Shown here piece after piece: positions 13,229 through 26,023 of a stretch of 64,000 bases of DNA. The stretch is from Phoronis australis. Taxonomy: Eukaryota > Animalia > Phoronida. The DNA is taken from positions 48,361-112,360 of the forward strand of contig NMRA01000641.1 of assembly GCA_002633005.1 (NCBI GenBank), written 5' to 3'. Position numbers and translations under genes: made by a program. The stretch's first letter is position 1. Every line of letters begins with the position of its first letter. Under the pieces are notes generated by a model, which saw only the letters and a program-made list of their open reading frames with translations, did not search any database and had not been told where the DNA came from.

Positions 13229-13887
13229 GCAGTAAGTCATTTCCAGACAATGTCTGTCATAGACTGCAACAATAAGTTTATCATAGGTCAGGAAAACACA
13301 AATTGTTCGCTCTGAATCAAAAAGTAAGACTTTTCCTCGCAAAACCGTACAATTAGGGTCGGCTCAACCCACCATTGAGGGTAAAATTAATTAAACAGAA
13401 ACCTTTAAAAGATGCTTAAAGGTTATCACGATATTTAAAGGCGCCAGAGCCGTGTTGAGAAGGCTGTAAAACTGTGTGAAAATCATTGAAAAATACTCTC
13501 TATGAACAATCCAGGTGCTCGGCCGCTGGGAGAGCAAAATTGGGCACCTGCCAGTCTGTAAGAATTAGATATCGATCTCATACTTACGGAAATTAAAGTG
13601 CTATTTGATTCATAGAGAGTATTTTTCAATGATTCTCACACAGTTTTACAGCCTTCTCAACACGGCTCTGGCGCCTTTAAATATCGTGATAACCTTTAAG
13701 CATCTTTTAACGGTTTCTGTTTAATTAATTTTACCCTCAATGGTGGGTTGAGCCGAGCCTAATTGCACGGTTTTGCGAGGAAAAGTCTTAGCTTTTTGAT
13801 TCAGAGCGAACAATTTGTGTTTCCCTGACCTATGATAAACTTATTGTTGCAGTCTATGACAGACATTGTCTGGAAATGACTTACTGC
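13229..13887. repeat. Foldback: ~279-bp near-perfect inverted arms around a ~100-bp spacer
   Basis: 13229-13507 is the reverse complement of 13609-13887 with only a few differences (GCAGTAAGTCATTTCCAGAC...GTCTGGAAATGACTTACTGC). Confidence 0.95.
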
Positions 13888-14709
13888 TGGGACCACTTTG
13901 TTCTAAACGGTCGACAACGAAAAGCAACCTATTGTGGCAGTCATACCATGTGAAGCTGACACACGAAGACTTCATCGGATAAGTAACTGAGCTTTTCATG
14001 TGCAATTCACAGACGACCACCGTCGAGCTTTGGGATGGCATGTGAGAAGACTTTTTAACATAAGAAACACTATTTCAGTGTGTAAGTTATATCTGCAGAA
14101 AACAAAATATCGCAGTACATTTTAGGAGCAATTTTGTGCTCATCTGCTCGCTTAAATCGGTAACTGTGGAAATGGTGAGAATTTCAAGCTGTCAGATTAT
14201 TTTGTTGCAGAGATGAGGTTCTCATGATGAAAACGACTGGATATCAGTCATTGTTCATGAGGGATTTGCCCGCAAGTCCAAGTCTGTTGAAGAGTTTACT
14301 ATGTAACTTGACACTATAATCAAACACTTTTATAGTGAATCTCTGGACAGTTACAATGATGACGACCTGAGAGATGATATATTTAATAGTACTCCAGAAA
14401 ACAATGTTTTGCTTTCCAAGTGAGAAAACTCAATTAGGAAATGTTGAATATGACAAGGGCTTGAGGAAGACGTTAAAAAATGTCTCTAAAGATATAATCA
14501 CAGCAGAATTGCTGGATAATTGCTACCAGGGCCATATATCATATCATAGATGAGCACACTATGGATATTATTGTAATGAGTAGCAACTACATCGGAATAC
14601 TTAGCGTGTTTGTGTCAGGAACTGTTCTCTCTTCGTGCATGGAGTTCTGCCTTTATTGGGTTATGGTTCGTCTATCATGCCAGAGGTCTGCAAGTACAGT
14701 GCATGAGGC

Positions 14710-15273
14710 TTGGTCCATTTGTGCGTGGCTTGCTTCTTCAAGCAGGTATGCGGTTGAGTGATTTGGATGGATTCGTGTTTGGTGACATTTGGTGAGCAGT
14801 CTCATTCTGGAGTCTGATGGTAGAAGTAGGTTTTCTTGTGCTTTGCCGAATGGACGATGGCAATTGCTTCAGGTAACAGTCGCTGGTATACACAGTGTGC
14901 ATGTAACTCAACACTGGACATCAAAGCCGTCTGAGTAATATGTATGAATCCATTCCAGGGTTATGAGATTATATTGGTCTTGAAACTCAAGTATGGTTTC
15001 CTTGTCTTCTGCTGTACAAGAGTTTGATGTTCCACTCCGTTTTGAGATTAGCAGGTGGGTTGTCTTATTCGATCCATTGTTAGGTTTACCAGTCAAGATT
15101 CCACAAGTTTCAATGTTTATTCTTGCATCGTTTGTAGTGTATTTTACAACTAGTTTAACCAGATCAGATGGAATTACGATCTGGTCAAACACACTATCAT
15201 CAGGGTTAGGGTATGCGATGGCAAATATGTTGCTATCTAGAGGCAAGCCTCGGGATTTTGGGGAAATTTCCAA
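14710..15273 (-). pseudogene. Intronless AMSH/STAMBP-like JAMM (MPN+) deubiquitinase domain, frameshifted
   Basis: NIETCGILTGK...THLLISKRSGTSNSC...[15 protein letters not shown], then after a frameshift [28 protein letters not shown]. This matches the AMSH pattern ETCGILCG...[29 protein letters not shown]..AIV. The metal-binding motif is damaged. Confidence 0.85.
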
Positions 15274-15623
15274 GAGGTTTTGCCCATGTCATAAACCTGA
15301 GACGAGTGTACGACTTGTTTTCTCACACGAACCATAAAAACGATTTTTTGCCGAAAAACTCGGCGTGCTTAAAACTTTCAACGACATGACGCAACTTTTG
15401 TAAAAACACGCTTGCGTAATGTAAAGTAATTCAGTTTCTTTTATTAACAGTTTTATTTTATGCTTAACAATTGTAAATTTCATTCAGCTTTAGTAGAAAA
15501 TATTCAAGTTAGAATCTGATAAATAGTCTTTGAAGTTGTAATATTAAAACTTAAAAAATAAAAGCCAGCAAGGCTAACCCGCTCGTGAGCATTGCCTTGA
15601 GACAGCACAGTTAAACATCTCCA

Positions 15624-16552
15624 GACAACTGTTGAAGTGTTGTCTGAGATGAAGTGAGTATAATTCTCAGTTGAACGCTGTTCATTCATTATGATTCATG
15701 ATTCATTGTTGCCGATTTTGTCTCCATTGTATTTATTCAGTGTCTGATATGAGATTGTCGTTAAAGTAATTTAATGTTTTTTAACCCTTTTGACAAAAAT
15801 AATCTTGCATGGGCGGCGCACCATAGGGGGTGGAGGACTATAGTCGCCACTTATTTCAGGGCTGCACAGCCCATGTCTTTATGTAATAAATTCGAATTTT
15901 GAGTTTTGTTGCATGAGACCAAGGAGTGTAGTCCAATAGGAGTATTTACTTATGAGTTCGCTGTTATCGCTACTACTAGCGCCGCCAAGTAGCGAATAAG
16001 CAACGTGAGTGGGTTTCCATTCTTTTAACTCACCACACGCCGACGGTAAGTTCTTCCGTCGTCTCTAAAAACAGACATTTAACTATCGTGTTTTCTTGCA
16101 CTGAGCATGTTCACATTATTGAGGGAAATTAGGTCTAGACCTAATAAAAACGCCAATGAATAAAGTTTTCTCTTGTCAATCAGTGTCAATGGTGCAAACT
16201 TCATACGAGCAACGAACTTGATGGTAAAGATTTCCATGGTTACATGTTATTATCCGCTACTCTGAATGTTCACTTCTTCGAAAGTTCGCTACCTTCGAAA
16301 GTTCATTACTTCGATTGTCTACAATTTCGCCAGTTCATTACTCTGATTGTCTGCTAATGAGTCGGAACTGACTCGAATAAAGTATGGTATTTGCGTCCAT
16401 TTAGTAACCATTTAAAAGGTGTGCAAGAGTATTTCTTAAAACAATTTGATGCAAATTAATGAGCTCAATTCCTATCATTGCCGATCGCGATTCTTGAATC
16501 TAACTAACGAATCATTGTCAAGCAGGGACAGGGCTGCGGCGGCTAACGGTGG
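15624..16552. repeat. Left arm (outer part) of an old inverted duplication
   Basis: 15624-16005 is the reverse complement of ~60947-61321; ~16015-16045 of ~58707-58745; ~16045-16552 of ~57838-58385. Confidence 0.85.
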
Positions 16553-16799
16553 TTAATTTGCAAGGTCCAAGTATGTTAAACTGTAATAATATCTTCAAGG
16601 CATCGTTATTTAGATGTATTTATTCAAATTATCGTATAATTGTATCTTCAGTTATTTTAAAAAAGTGAAAATAAAAAATCCGCGAAATGTTGACCTTTGA
16701 CACCGTGACATGGTGTTGGGGAACACAAACTAGATCATATCCCACAATGCAGTTCACCGCCATTATACCACAATAGACGACGAAAAAAGACCGTTTAAT

Positions 16800-17025
16800 T
16801 TTGGCGTATTTTAGCACCACCCAGGTGGAAGGCGTGAGCCCACTTTAATTCCCAAAAGACAAGCCTCTGGCCAAGAAACGGTACGTTTTCGTGTGCTCTG
16901 TTCGTCTGAAAAACGACTGTCGAGTCAGCCATATGTGCCAGAGCCAAACTTTGCTCCGACCATTTTGAGGGCGGCTGCTTCGACGACAATTACATCATGA
17001 AGGTTGAAGCTGGTCTTGTAAAAAG
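16800..17025 (+). pseudogene. THAP zinc-finger exon of the Kolobok transposase (degenerate)
   Basis: Translates FPKDKPLAKKRYVFV...(frameshift)...RAKLCSDHFEGGCFDDNY and ends at an AG|GTAAGT donor. Further degenerate coding-like sequence lies at ~17470-18550 and ~25350-25600. Confidence 0.7.
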
Positions 17026-18559
17026 GTAAGTTATCCTTTGATGTCTAAGAATTCATGACGCCATCGCAGTGCCTGAATAATAACAATCTTTTTTCACAAT
17101 CACTATAGTTCTCAAGTGTTTGAAAATCTGTTGTTTTTCTTTGAAAGATTTAGTTATAAATGGGATAAAACTAAAAGCGATAGCAAAGATGATCTAAAAA
17201 AATGCATGTGTTTTGAAAAGAATGCAGACTATGAATAAAAAAACACGATGGTAACTTAAATGCAAGGTTTTGATTATTGCATTTAAGTTTGATTATTTCA
17301 GTAATCTGCTTAAAAAACAGGATTAAAATCTAGTTTTGGCATTTGCTTGAAGGCTATAAAAGTAGGCGAAAACTTGCAATTAGATATCGTCGTGTTTTAC
17401 TTTAGTCATGGACTACTCTTGATTCAAATATTTTTTACTTTTGAATTGCTGCTGTTGCGCTTTTCAGAATATGTAAATGAAGTAAGGGAGAATACCTAGT
17501 TCTTAATGCGAAACAAAAGAGAATATGGTGATCGTGAAATTCGCTTAGAAATTGATGCCTCTCGAATGCCGACTGCTGATGCTCCAGATGTGTTCAAGGA
17601 GGATGCCGTGGCACAAATGAAGATCCGTTATCCAGATAAACTCACACTGGCTGCTTTGTCAATGGACAGCACTGGCATGTCTTTCAGTCACATATATGAC
17701 AGTCACTACTAATGTTTCAGATTAAATTTTTGATTGTGTTACAGATAGCAATGCCAGAGTGTTTATAGTGCCAGTACTGGAAATTGTGAAAAGCTCTTGT
17801 GTGTGGCATTCGCCTGTCGGGTTTGTAAAGATAAACTCCTGATATACTATGTTCGTATATTGAAACATTTCAATGTTTCTTCAATACAATGACTATAAAT
17901 ATTATGGCATAGCTTTTTAGGTATATTTGATTTGCAGTAAACTGTTGAGGTCCCATACAGTGCATGAGTATAGGGAAACTTTCTTAAGTGGGGGTGAAAA
18001 GTTACCTGTTTAGGTGGTCAGTCTTTTCGTGCTACAATATCATCCAAATTGTACATAGAATAATCACTTGCACAGAATTCGAACATTTTCTTGGGAATAT
18101 TTGTGTGAATGGTGCAAGCACTCCCTCCAGATTTCTCATTTCCTACAAACGTGCATACTTTTTGAGTTTTTATACCATGCCATAGACATCTAAAGCTATT
18201 GCATACTGGAGCTGTGTCGTGTTAGTTGATGTCAGTAAAACTCGCTAAGATGGTTCCAGATATTTCATTAAAAAAACGTTATTTGAAGGCATTAGGGCCT
18301 ACTGCGGAATTCATGCATGCTAACCTTTCTAAAGTTCCCACGGCAACACTACCAATTTAGAGAGCTCTTCTGTATAAGAAGAGGGCAAGAGATTTAGTCT
18401 CGACCTCAGACAATGGCCCAGATTCAAAATTTATTTTTTATGTAACAGCCAAACTGTCGAATGTGTTCACTTCAAGCACACAAACTGGATTCCAATTAGA
18501 CCAATTCCTCTGTTTACCTAGGTAAACGACAACTGATGTTGAGTTTAGAGGTTTATAAT

Positions 18560-19518
18560 TGTCAGTATATAGACTGACACTATTTTTAATTGTATTGTTT
18601 TGTTGTTCTGTTTGATTGGCATGACCCCTGAGTTCAGTACAATGATGATATAATTTATTTACTACAGTATAATGTGGAACTTTATAGAAGACTCTAGCAT
18701 GACAGTGATTAATGCAGTCTCGAATATTCTAGAGACTAGTACATGTTTGTAGAATGATTGGGTAGATTTCCGGAAAGTTCTAGGATGTGCTTGAATTGGT
18801 GAAAAGTTCAAGAACAATGCATTAGTCTATAAATATACAAGCACGGGTTTGTATTAGTCAGAGAAAAGCAGAAAGTAACGCAGTTAAGCAGTTGAAGAGT
18901 TGCGGTGAATAGAGTCAGCAGTTGCAGCGACAGTCAATAGAGCGCCAGCTATAAAGGCAGCAGGTTATTTGAATCAGCGAGTGTAACAGTTTCTGTCTCA
19001 GAAGTTCATTACAAGTCAAGGCTTCACAGCATTGGCTGGAGCATAGATCAGACATTACGTCGGACGTTTTGTTTGAGTAGGCTTGTGAACTTAGGGCCGA
19101 GATTAATTGTTGTAATTATGTGGGTGTCGGTTGGCCGAGAGGACACACAAGTTCGGGCCTATTAACACGGTGCAAGAGCAAAGTCTGGAGGATACTCACA
19201 TTGCGTCCGCACAGGACGGCAGCGAACTCCAGAAGGCCCAGACGATCTTGTCACGTGGTCTTCATGGGTGACTCGTCACGTGGTAGGAGTGTGACCTCGG
19301 CTGGGCTCTTCTGGCGTTAGATGTCGCACCAGGCCAAGACCAACATTGACACGAAAAGGACATCACAACATAGAGACGCCACAGCCGAGACTGACGTCGA
19401 CATTTACTACATAATAAAGGATTAACTCGAACCAGTCTTCAGTCTATCGTCGCACCGAAAGCTATTAGCACCAGTTGGTAACCACCTGCGCCTACCCACA
19501 CACTGGGAGAACGTGACA
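18560..19518 (+). repeat. 5' LTR (TGT...ACA)
   Basis: Starts TGTCAGTATATAGAC and ends GAACGTGACA. TATAAA at ~18828, AATAAA at ~19412. Homologous to 25183-25331 and to 26024-26688 (inverted). Confidence 0.9.
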
Positions 19519-19520
19519 AA

Positions 19521-19538
19521 TGGCGAGCACGCCAGGAG
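19521..19538 (+). promoter_or_regulatory. Primer-binding site, tRNA-Arg-like
   Basis: TGGCGAGCACGCCAGGAG lies 2 nt after the LTR end and resembles the complement of the tRNA-Arg(ACG) 3' end (TGGCGAGCCAGCCAGGAG). Confidence 0.75.
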
Positions 19539-21280
19539 CTTACTGACGGTAACAAGGTGTGATGAAGTGGATTGTTGGAATTAGCGACTCACTATGGAGA
19601 CAAGATATCAACTAAGGGAGCCCTCGGACAAGAAATGGGTCTGCAGGGAGACGACCTCAGACAGTTTGTGGAGAAACAAAAAGCTGAGGCTGAGGTTGAG
19701 ACGGAGGAGAGAAAACAAGCTCAGGAGGCTGAAGAGAGAAGGCAAGCGCGAGAGGCTGAGGCCGAGGAGAGGAGGCAAGCCCGCGAAGCCGAACAGCAGA
19801 TGGAGAGAGAAGGAATTGAGCATGAGAGGGCGGTTACCCAGTTGGGGCAACTGGGGGCGTGAAACCGAAGCTACCCAAGTTTGATAAAAAGCAGGACGAT
19901 ATGGACAATTTCCTGGAAAGATTTTAAAGGCACGAAGAGATCCAGGGTTGGACCCAGAGTGAATGGGCAATTAGTCTCAGTCCCTTGTTAACCAGGCAAG
20001 GGCGTACTGGTTCACGCTAGCCTTCCAATGGCTGAGACCCTTGCTGAAGCAATATGAGCCGACGGAGGAGGGCTTCTGCAGGCATTCCCGAGAAGCAAGG
20101 GTTGAGAAGGGCGACACAGCTTACCAGTTTGTGGCCCGAATACAGTGCTACCTAGCCAGGTGGATCGACATGTTCGACCGTGGCAAAGACTTTGCTGAGT
20201 TGAGAGACCTGTTAATGTGTGAGCAGTTCTTTAACACCTGTACTAAGGACTTGGCTTTGTTCCTGCGACAACGGACACCCAAATCTGTTTCAGAGATGGT
20301 CGGCTTAGCAGAGAGATATATTGAGGCCCAAGGAAACGAAAAAGTCTCAAGATTGACCAGTCAAGACAGACACCAAGAGATTCGACCATACGAAAACTGA
20401 CCTCACAGAGGAAAGGTTTTCATCTGCCATAAAGCTGGACACCTGGCTAGAGACTGTCGGAAGAGGACACAGGGGAAGCAACACCAAAAGTGAGCTGCGG
20501 TCAGCCACTGAGGTTCTTAGAGTAAGGAGGAGTCGGTGAAGCGTGCTAACACAGAACGCGCCTTCAAAAGAAACCTGCGTCTGAAGGATTGGTATGTTGG
20601 CACGAAGAAGGTCTCAGTGTTGAGAGACACAGCTGCACAACCATTGTGGCTCTATCCAGTCTAATCGAACCAGCAGATATGACCTGCCGGAAGTGGTCAT
20701 GCGAGTTGGTGGACTCTACCATGAGACGGCTGCCTGTCGCCAAGATCAACATCAAGATACCGTAATACACGGGAGAAGTGTTTGCGATGTGCATGGAGCG
20801 TCCATTGGCCAATTTGATTATCTGGCGCCTCGGACCCAGGGGATGTTGAGCGATAGCAGACGGCAACTACATTCAGCGAGGACGGTAAGGCAATAAACAG
20901 GTGGAGGGTCCAAAAGAAGACTCTCAAAAGGGCACTACTTCCCAAGAGGATAACCCAGTGACCTCAACTCCAGAGGGAGAAGAGGTGGCCGACGTGTCGG
21001 TAGGAACGGATCCTGATGAAGCCAGCAGGGAAGCGGTAGCAGTGACTACCAGGGCTCAGGCAGAGCGAAAAAAGCGGACATCAAGCCGTTAGCTGTGTCT
21101 CCCGCCATACAATAGGTGGGACTAAAGCAGTTCAAAGAAGCCCAGCATGAAGACTCATCAATGAAAAAGCTGTGGAGCCAGCTGAAGCCATGGTTCAGCG
21201 ACAAACCAAAGGCAAGAGGTGATTGAGATTCAACGAGGAATAACCTATCGGACGTTCAAGAAGATTAAGACGGTGACGAG

Positions 21281-22300
21281 GTGAAACAAGTTGTCGCACC
21301 GTGCAGTTTACGGAAGTCCGTGATGAGGCTCGCTCATGAGGCTATACTTGGTGGACACCTCGGTGTTAGGAAGACAACTGGCCGTATCACCAGCAACTTC
21401 TACTGGCCAGGAGTGGCATCAGGAGTGACCCGATTCTTCAGGTCATGCGACATCTGCCAGAAGACAATCCCAAAGGTCGAGTGTCCAAGGTACCCCTGGG
21501 AGAGATGCCTTTGATGGATCGCGATTGATCTGATTGGCCCTATAGCTCCAGTTTCCGACAAGGGAAACAGATGTAGATTTCGCTACCAGGTACCCAGAAG
21601 CAGTGGCGCTACCGAAGATTGAGACAGAGCGTGTGGCTGAAGCATTGTTAGAGGTCTTCAGTAGAGTAGGGTTCCACCGAGAGATCCTGAGTAATCGTGG
21701 AACGCAGTTCACAGCGGAACTGATGAAGGAGGTAAGCAGGCTTGTGAGTGCACAAGAGCTGTACACGACCCCTTACAATCCAAGCTGTAATGTGCTTTGT
21801 GAAAGAATCAACGGTGTTCTAAAAACCATGATGAAGAAGATGTGTCAAGAAAGACCAAAGGACTGGGACCGGTATCTGCCAGCTGTTTGCTTACCGGGAA
21901 GTCCCACAATCAAGCACAGGATTTTCACCCTTTGAATTGCTATATGGCAGGACATTAAGAGGTCCAATGCAAATCCTGAATGAACTCTAGACTGGGGAAG
22001 ACAGCAACGAAGTCCGAAATACTAACCTTTAGAAGAGACTGCGAGTTGGCAAGAAAAAGCTTGTATAATGCACAGGGTATTCACAAGCATTACTACGTCA
22101 AGAAGGCCAGGCATAGGCAATTTCGAGTGGGACAAAGAGTGTTGGTATTACTTCCCACAGACCACAATAAACTTATTCTGCATTGAAAAGGGTCTTACGA
22201 AGAAAAAGTCAATCGTATGGACTACAGAATCAACATGAACGGCAAGATTAAGATCTTCCATGCCAATCTGTTGAAGACGCATCACAAACGCGAGACAGAC
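21281..22300 (+). pseudogene. Gypsy integrase (Zn finger, core, GPY-like tail), fragmented
   Basis: ORFs 21281-21514, 21603-21935 and 21980-22186 carry HHCC, core and RQFRVGQRVLVLLPT motifs. Confidence 0.85.
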
Positions 22301-22377
22301 AACGTCGCACATAAAGATGAAGCGATCGGTGCGGTGTTTTAAAATTGAAGAGCGTGTGACTGACGAAGCGAACCTTC

Positions 22378-23756
22378 TTGATGAAGGCGGTTCACAACGA
22401 GACCTACAAAGACGTAAAGCTATGTGATTCCTTGACGTCAGAACTGGGTGAACAGGCACTACAGCTCCTATGTGACTACCGTGGTATCTTCACCAATCAG
22501 CCTGGAGAGACTGATTTGGCCAGCCACGTCATCGAATTGACGACAGAACAAACGGTGTGAGAGAGACCACGTCAGATGCTGTACACTACTCAAGATCTAG
22601 TGAAGAAGGAAGAGCAGGGGATGTTAAAGATGAACATCGCTGAGCCTTCCACTTCAGCTTACAGCTCTCATGTAGTGTTGGTTCCGTTTTGATTACTGGC
22701 GGCTGAATGCAGTGACCAAATTTGACAACGAGCCCATGGGTTATCCTGAAGCTATTATGGCGACCCTGCATAGTCAACATTTCGTCTCGAAATTCGACTT
22801 CACAAAGGACTACTGACAAATTCCCATGGATGAGGCTAGTAAAGAGTAAACCGCAGTTGTGACTCCAGGAGGCCGTTACCAGTTCCGCAGAATGCCGTTT
22901 GGCTTGTTGAATTCAGCAGCCACATTCAACAGGATGATGAGAAGGATGTTGGCAGGGTCAGATAATATCAGGCAGTATGTCGACGATATTCTACTTCACA
23001 ATGGGACCTGGGAAGAACATCTCCGCACACTGAGAGAATAGTTCCAGAGGGTAAAACAAGAAGGCTTGACAGTAAAACCGTCGAAGTGCAGCATTGGCTA
23101 TCAGGAGGTGGAGTTCCTTGTACATCAGGTCGGAACAAACAAGATAGCTATGCACGACCAAAAGCTAATGAAGATCCAGGATGCACCAACGCCATCTACT
23201 AAGACGGAAGTACGGTCATTTCTAGGACTTACAGGGTACTACCGAAAGTTTGTGTCTAACTATGCACAGATAGCCACACCGTTGACAGATTTAGTGAAGA
23301 AGGGCCAGCCAAAAAAGTCGTGTGGACCGGTAGTCGTGACCAGGCATTCAAGAAGCTAAAGCAAGCGCTTGGAAGCAGCCCGAGTACCAGACTTAACCCA
23401 GAGATTTATCGTCAGAAAAGACTCATCAAACGATGGTTTAGGGGCAGTTTAATTGCAGGAGTTTGACAATGGGATATTCCTTATTGCGTATGCCAGCCGG
23501 AAGCTTAAAGAGAGCGAGCGGCATTACTTTACAGAGAAGACAGAATGTTTAGCGATAATGTCCGCTGTTAAAACGTTATCAGTTTTATCTCTACGGGACG
23601 GAATTCTTGGTGCAAACAGACCACAAACCAATGGTATATATTCAGCGTTGTAAGATTGAAAGTCTCAGAGTTATACGATGGCTATAGCACCGCAGAATTA
23701 TATATTCCATGTGGAAGATATCCTAGTTAAATCTAACGTCGGTGCAGACTACTTAA
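22378..23756 (+). pseudogene. Gypsy reverse transcriptase/RNase H, fragmented
   Basis: YQFRRMPFGLLNSAATF, YVDDIL, VRSFLGLTGYYRKFV, IAYASRKL, NVGADYL (SRL resumes at ~25051 after an insertion). Confidence 0.85.
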
Positions 23757-25048
23757 AGGAGCATGCCACCCAAAAAAACAATCTAATTTGCATCAATTTA
23801 GATCGAGTAGTTCTACTATGTATATGGGCACGTTCGGTTGCATTATTTGAACCTGACGGCAGACCTAGGTATTGAAATTATCCAATGACGTCATTGGTTT
23901 CACACGCAGTCTATTCAGCAGTTCACAACACGGGTTACTGGTATCAGCTTATCGCTTGAATTCATCGTTTGACACCAATAAATCATCAAACTCCGATGTA
24001 AAGCCCTTAAAAATACACCGAGTTCCTATGAAAAAGTGTTGTTTTATTTTGCTGTTACGGATTTATTGGTATTTGGACACACCGTAGCCTACAAAGTTCG
24101 GCAGTCAAATTTACCAAGGTCCGTAGCAGGAGTTTGGGGTTCTTTCGGAGATGAATTCGAAGTATTTTTCCGTGAAATAGTGTATATGTAAATAAAGATT
24201 CCCCTAACACCTGGCCGTGGGATAGAAAATCGAGTTATTGTTTCTCAACAGTTTCTGTCAGCAAACACTAAATTAGCATGCGCTCACAAGGCCTCGGTGC
24301 CCGGTCAATTTCCTTTATTGCATCTGGAGTCGGTAACGCAGTGGTTTATTCATTACTGGCTTCTCAAAAAATTGCACTCATGAATACTCCAAAGGCATTG
24401 CAAATTGTATCTAATGAGACTGACTTTGTTTTAGTTTTATAAAGCATTGGTTAGGGCGGGAATAGTTCATTTTGAAGCAGAACGCAAAACGTCAACAGAA
24501 TCCCGACTTTTAGACAAGAGTTCATCCGACGAAGACTTCGCAGGGGGATCGTCAAGTTTCACAGGCTATCAGTTCGAACTGGAATTCAGTGATCAAGAAA
24601 TATTAGAGAGGCGCCGTGGACATGTACAGACAACGGAATGTATGGATAGTTCTTTGATAAGCCGGCATTCGTCAGACTCACTGTCGACGACTGCGGCCAC
24701 AGACACGGAGATGTTTCACGGCATCATTCTAGCTATTAACAGCGTACTTTTCATTCTTCACTACCGCGAGCCACTTCCTAAGCATTTCGGACTCTCGAGG
24801 AAGTCGAAAAAACGATATACCCGTTTTCATTGCAGCTGCATAGTTCGGACAAGCGAAAACGATGCTCCGAAAACATAGCGGCATTCACTCTGCAAATGAA
24901 CCACTGACGTCGCTGCATCATTTCTCACCTTTCTCACAGGTTAACGCAACACCTCTCGGCAAGGTAAGGTCGACCGTATCCAAGGCAGTGTGGATATAGA
25001 CCGATTGAGACGGTAAAAAAGACTAATTAAATCGGGTGGCATTCTCCT
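23757..25048 (-). mobile_element. Non-autonomous Kolobok (~1.3 kb) inserted in the Gypsy RNase H
   Basis: TTAA TSDs at 23753-23756 and 25049-25052. TIRs AGGAGCATGCCACCC / GGGTGGCATTCTCCT. Removing it restores GADYLSRL. Contains a THAP remnant (minus) and an SSSDED..GYQFE KolX-like start (plus). Confidence 0.9.
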
Positions 25049-25182
25049 TTAAGTCGACTAGCAGAGCCTGCAAGCCATGGAGCACTTTAGCGACAGATGC
25101 AGCAGTAGGTTATGTATATATATGCCAGATGATTTTGTGTTAGAAAATTATAGAGTAATTTTCTCTTTGGCAGGGGGTGTGT

Positions 25183-25331
25183 TGTCAGAATATAGACTGG
25201 CATTGGTTTTAGATGTATTGTTTTGTTTTGTTGTTCTGTTTGATTGGCATGACCCCTTAGTTAAGTACAGTAATGATGTAATTTATTTACTACAGTATAG
25301 TGTAGAACTTTCTAGAAGACTCTACCATGAC
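25183..25331 (+). repeat. Truncated 3' LTR preceded by a purine-rich tract
   Basis: GGCAGGGGGTGTGT then TGTCAGAATATAGAC..., matching the 5' LTR start with visible divergence. Confidence 0.85.
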
Positions 25332-26023
25332 CAGCTTGATGAGCATTAATAAATGCTACTCCTTGTGCCAATTATTTACCATTCTGAAATCACAGAAGTC
25401 TATTCATGCAATGCCAACTTCAATTTCCTGCCGCTGAGGTTGCACTGCGATTGCATTCGTTTGTTACGATGTTTGTTCTTTCTTTGGAATTTGTCTCTAC
25501 AACTTTTTGCAACTCATCCGAATTACATAAGGGTAGACCCCAAGTCACAGGTTTTAATAGTAGAATACATAGGTCATGTGCAGGAGTTGGCATTTCAGGG
25601 CTAAGACAACTGTAGATATCTATAAATGGATGAAACTAATGAGAAAATCTTTGGAACTCAAGTTCTCCTCATTTCCTGGCGGAGGGTAGACACCTCTGAT
25701 GCAGGCCACTGCTCATGCTGGAATGACAACACCGACAGTTCGTTCTAAGTGACCGTGTACCCATCTTTGGAACTGTCTATAGGCCAATTGTTCCATCCTT
25801 TTATCCAAGGGTCAGTCATAGCCATCATGATATTGACTTTCAGCCATGCAGTCTCCAAAACATCACGATTGATCCATACTGGCTCCACAATACATTTTTT
25901 TCTTCTGTATAAGTTGTCATGCTTCTTTCTTCGTCAAGTTTTGCAACAAACTTGTCGACCTCTTGACAACATATTCTTTCGTCAACAACTGGGGTTGTCT
26001 GACAGTTGCCACAGGTTCACTTG

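Larger units (their letters stand above)
18560..25331 (+). mobile_element. Gmr1-like Ty3/Gypsy LTR retrotransposon, degenerate (gag-SCAN, PR, INT, RT, RH)
   Basis: 5' LTR, PBS, coiled-coil gag, SCAN-like EQFFNTCTKDLALFLRQRTPKSVSEMVGLAERY, integrase (AHEAILGGHLG...CDICQK; SNRGTQF; YNPSCNVLCERIN), then RT (RMPFGLLNS, QYVDDIL) and RNase H (AYASRKL, GADYLSRL). A PPT and a truncated 3' LTR follow. Many stops and frameshifts. Confidence 0.9.
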
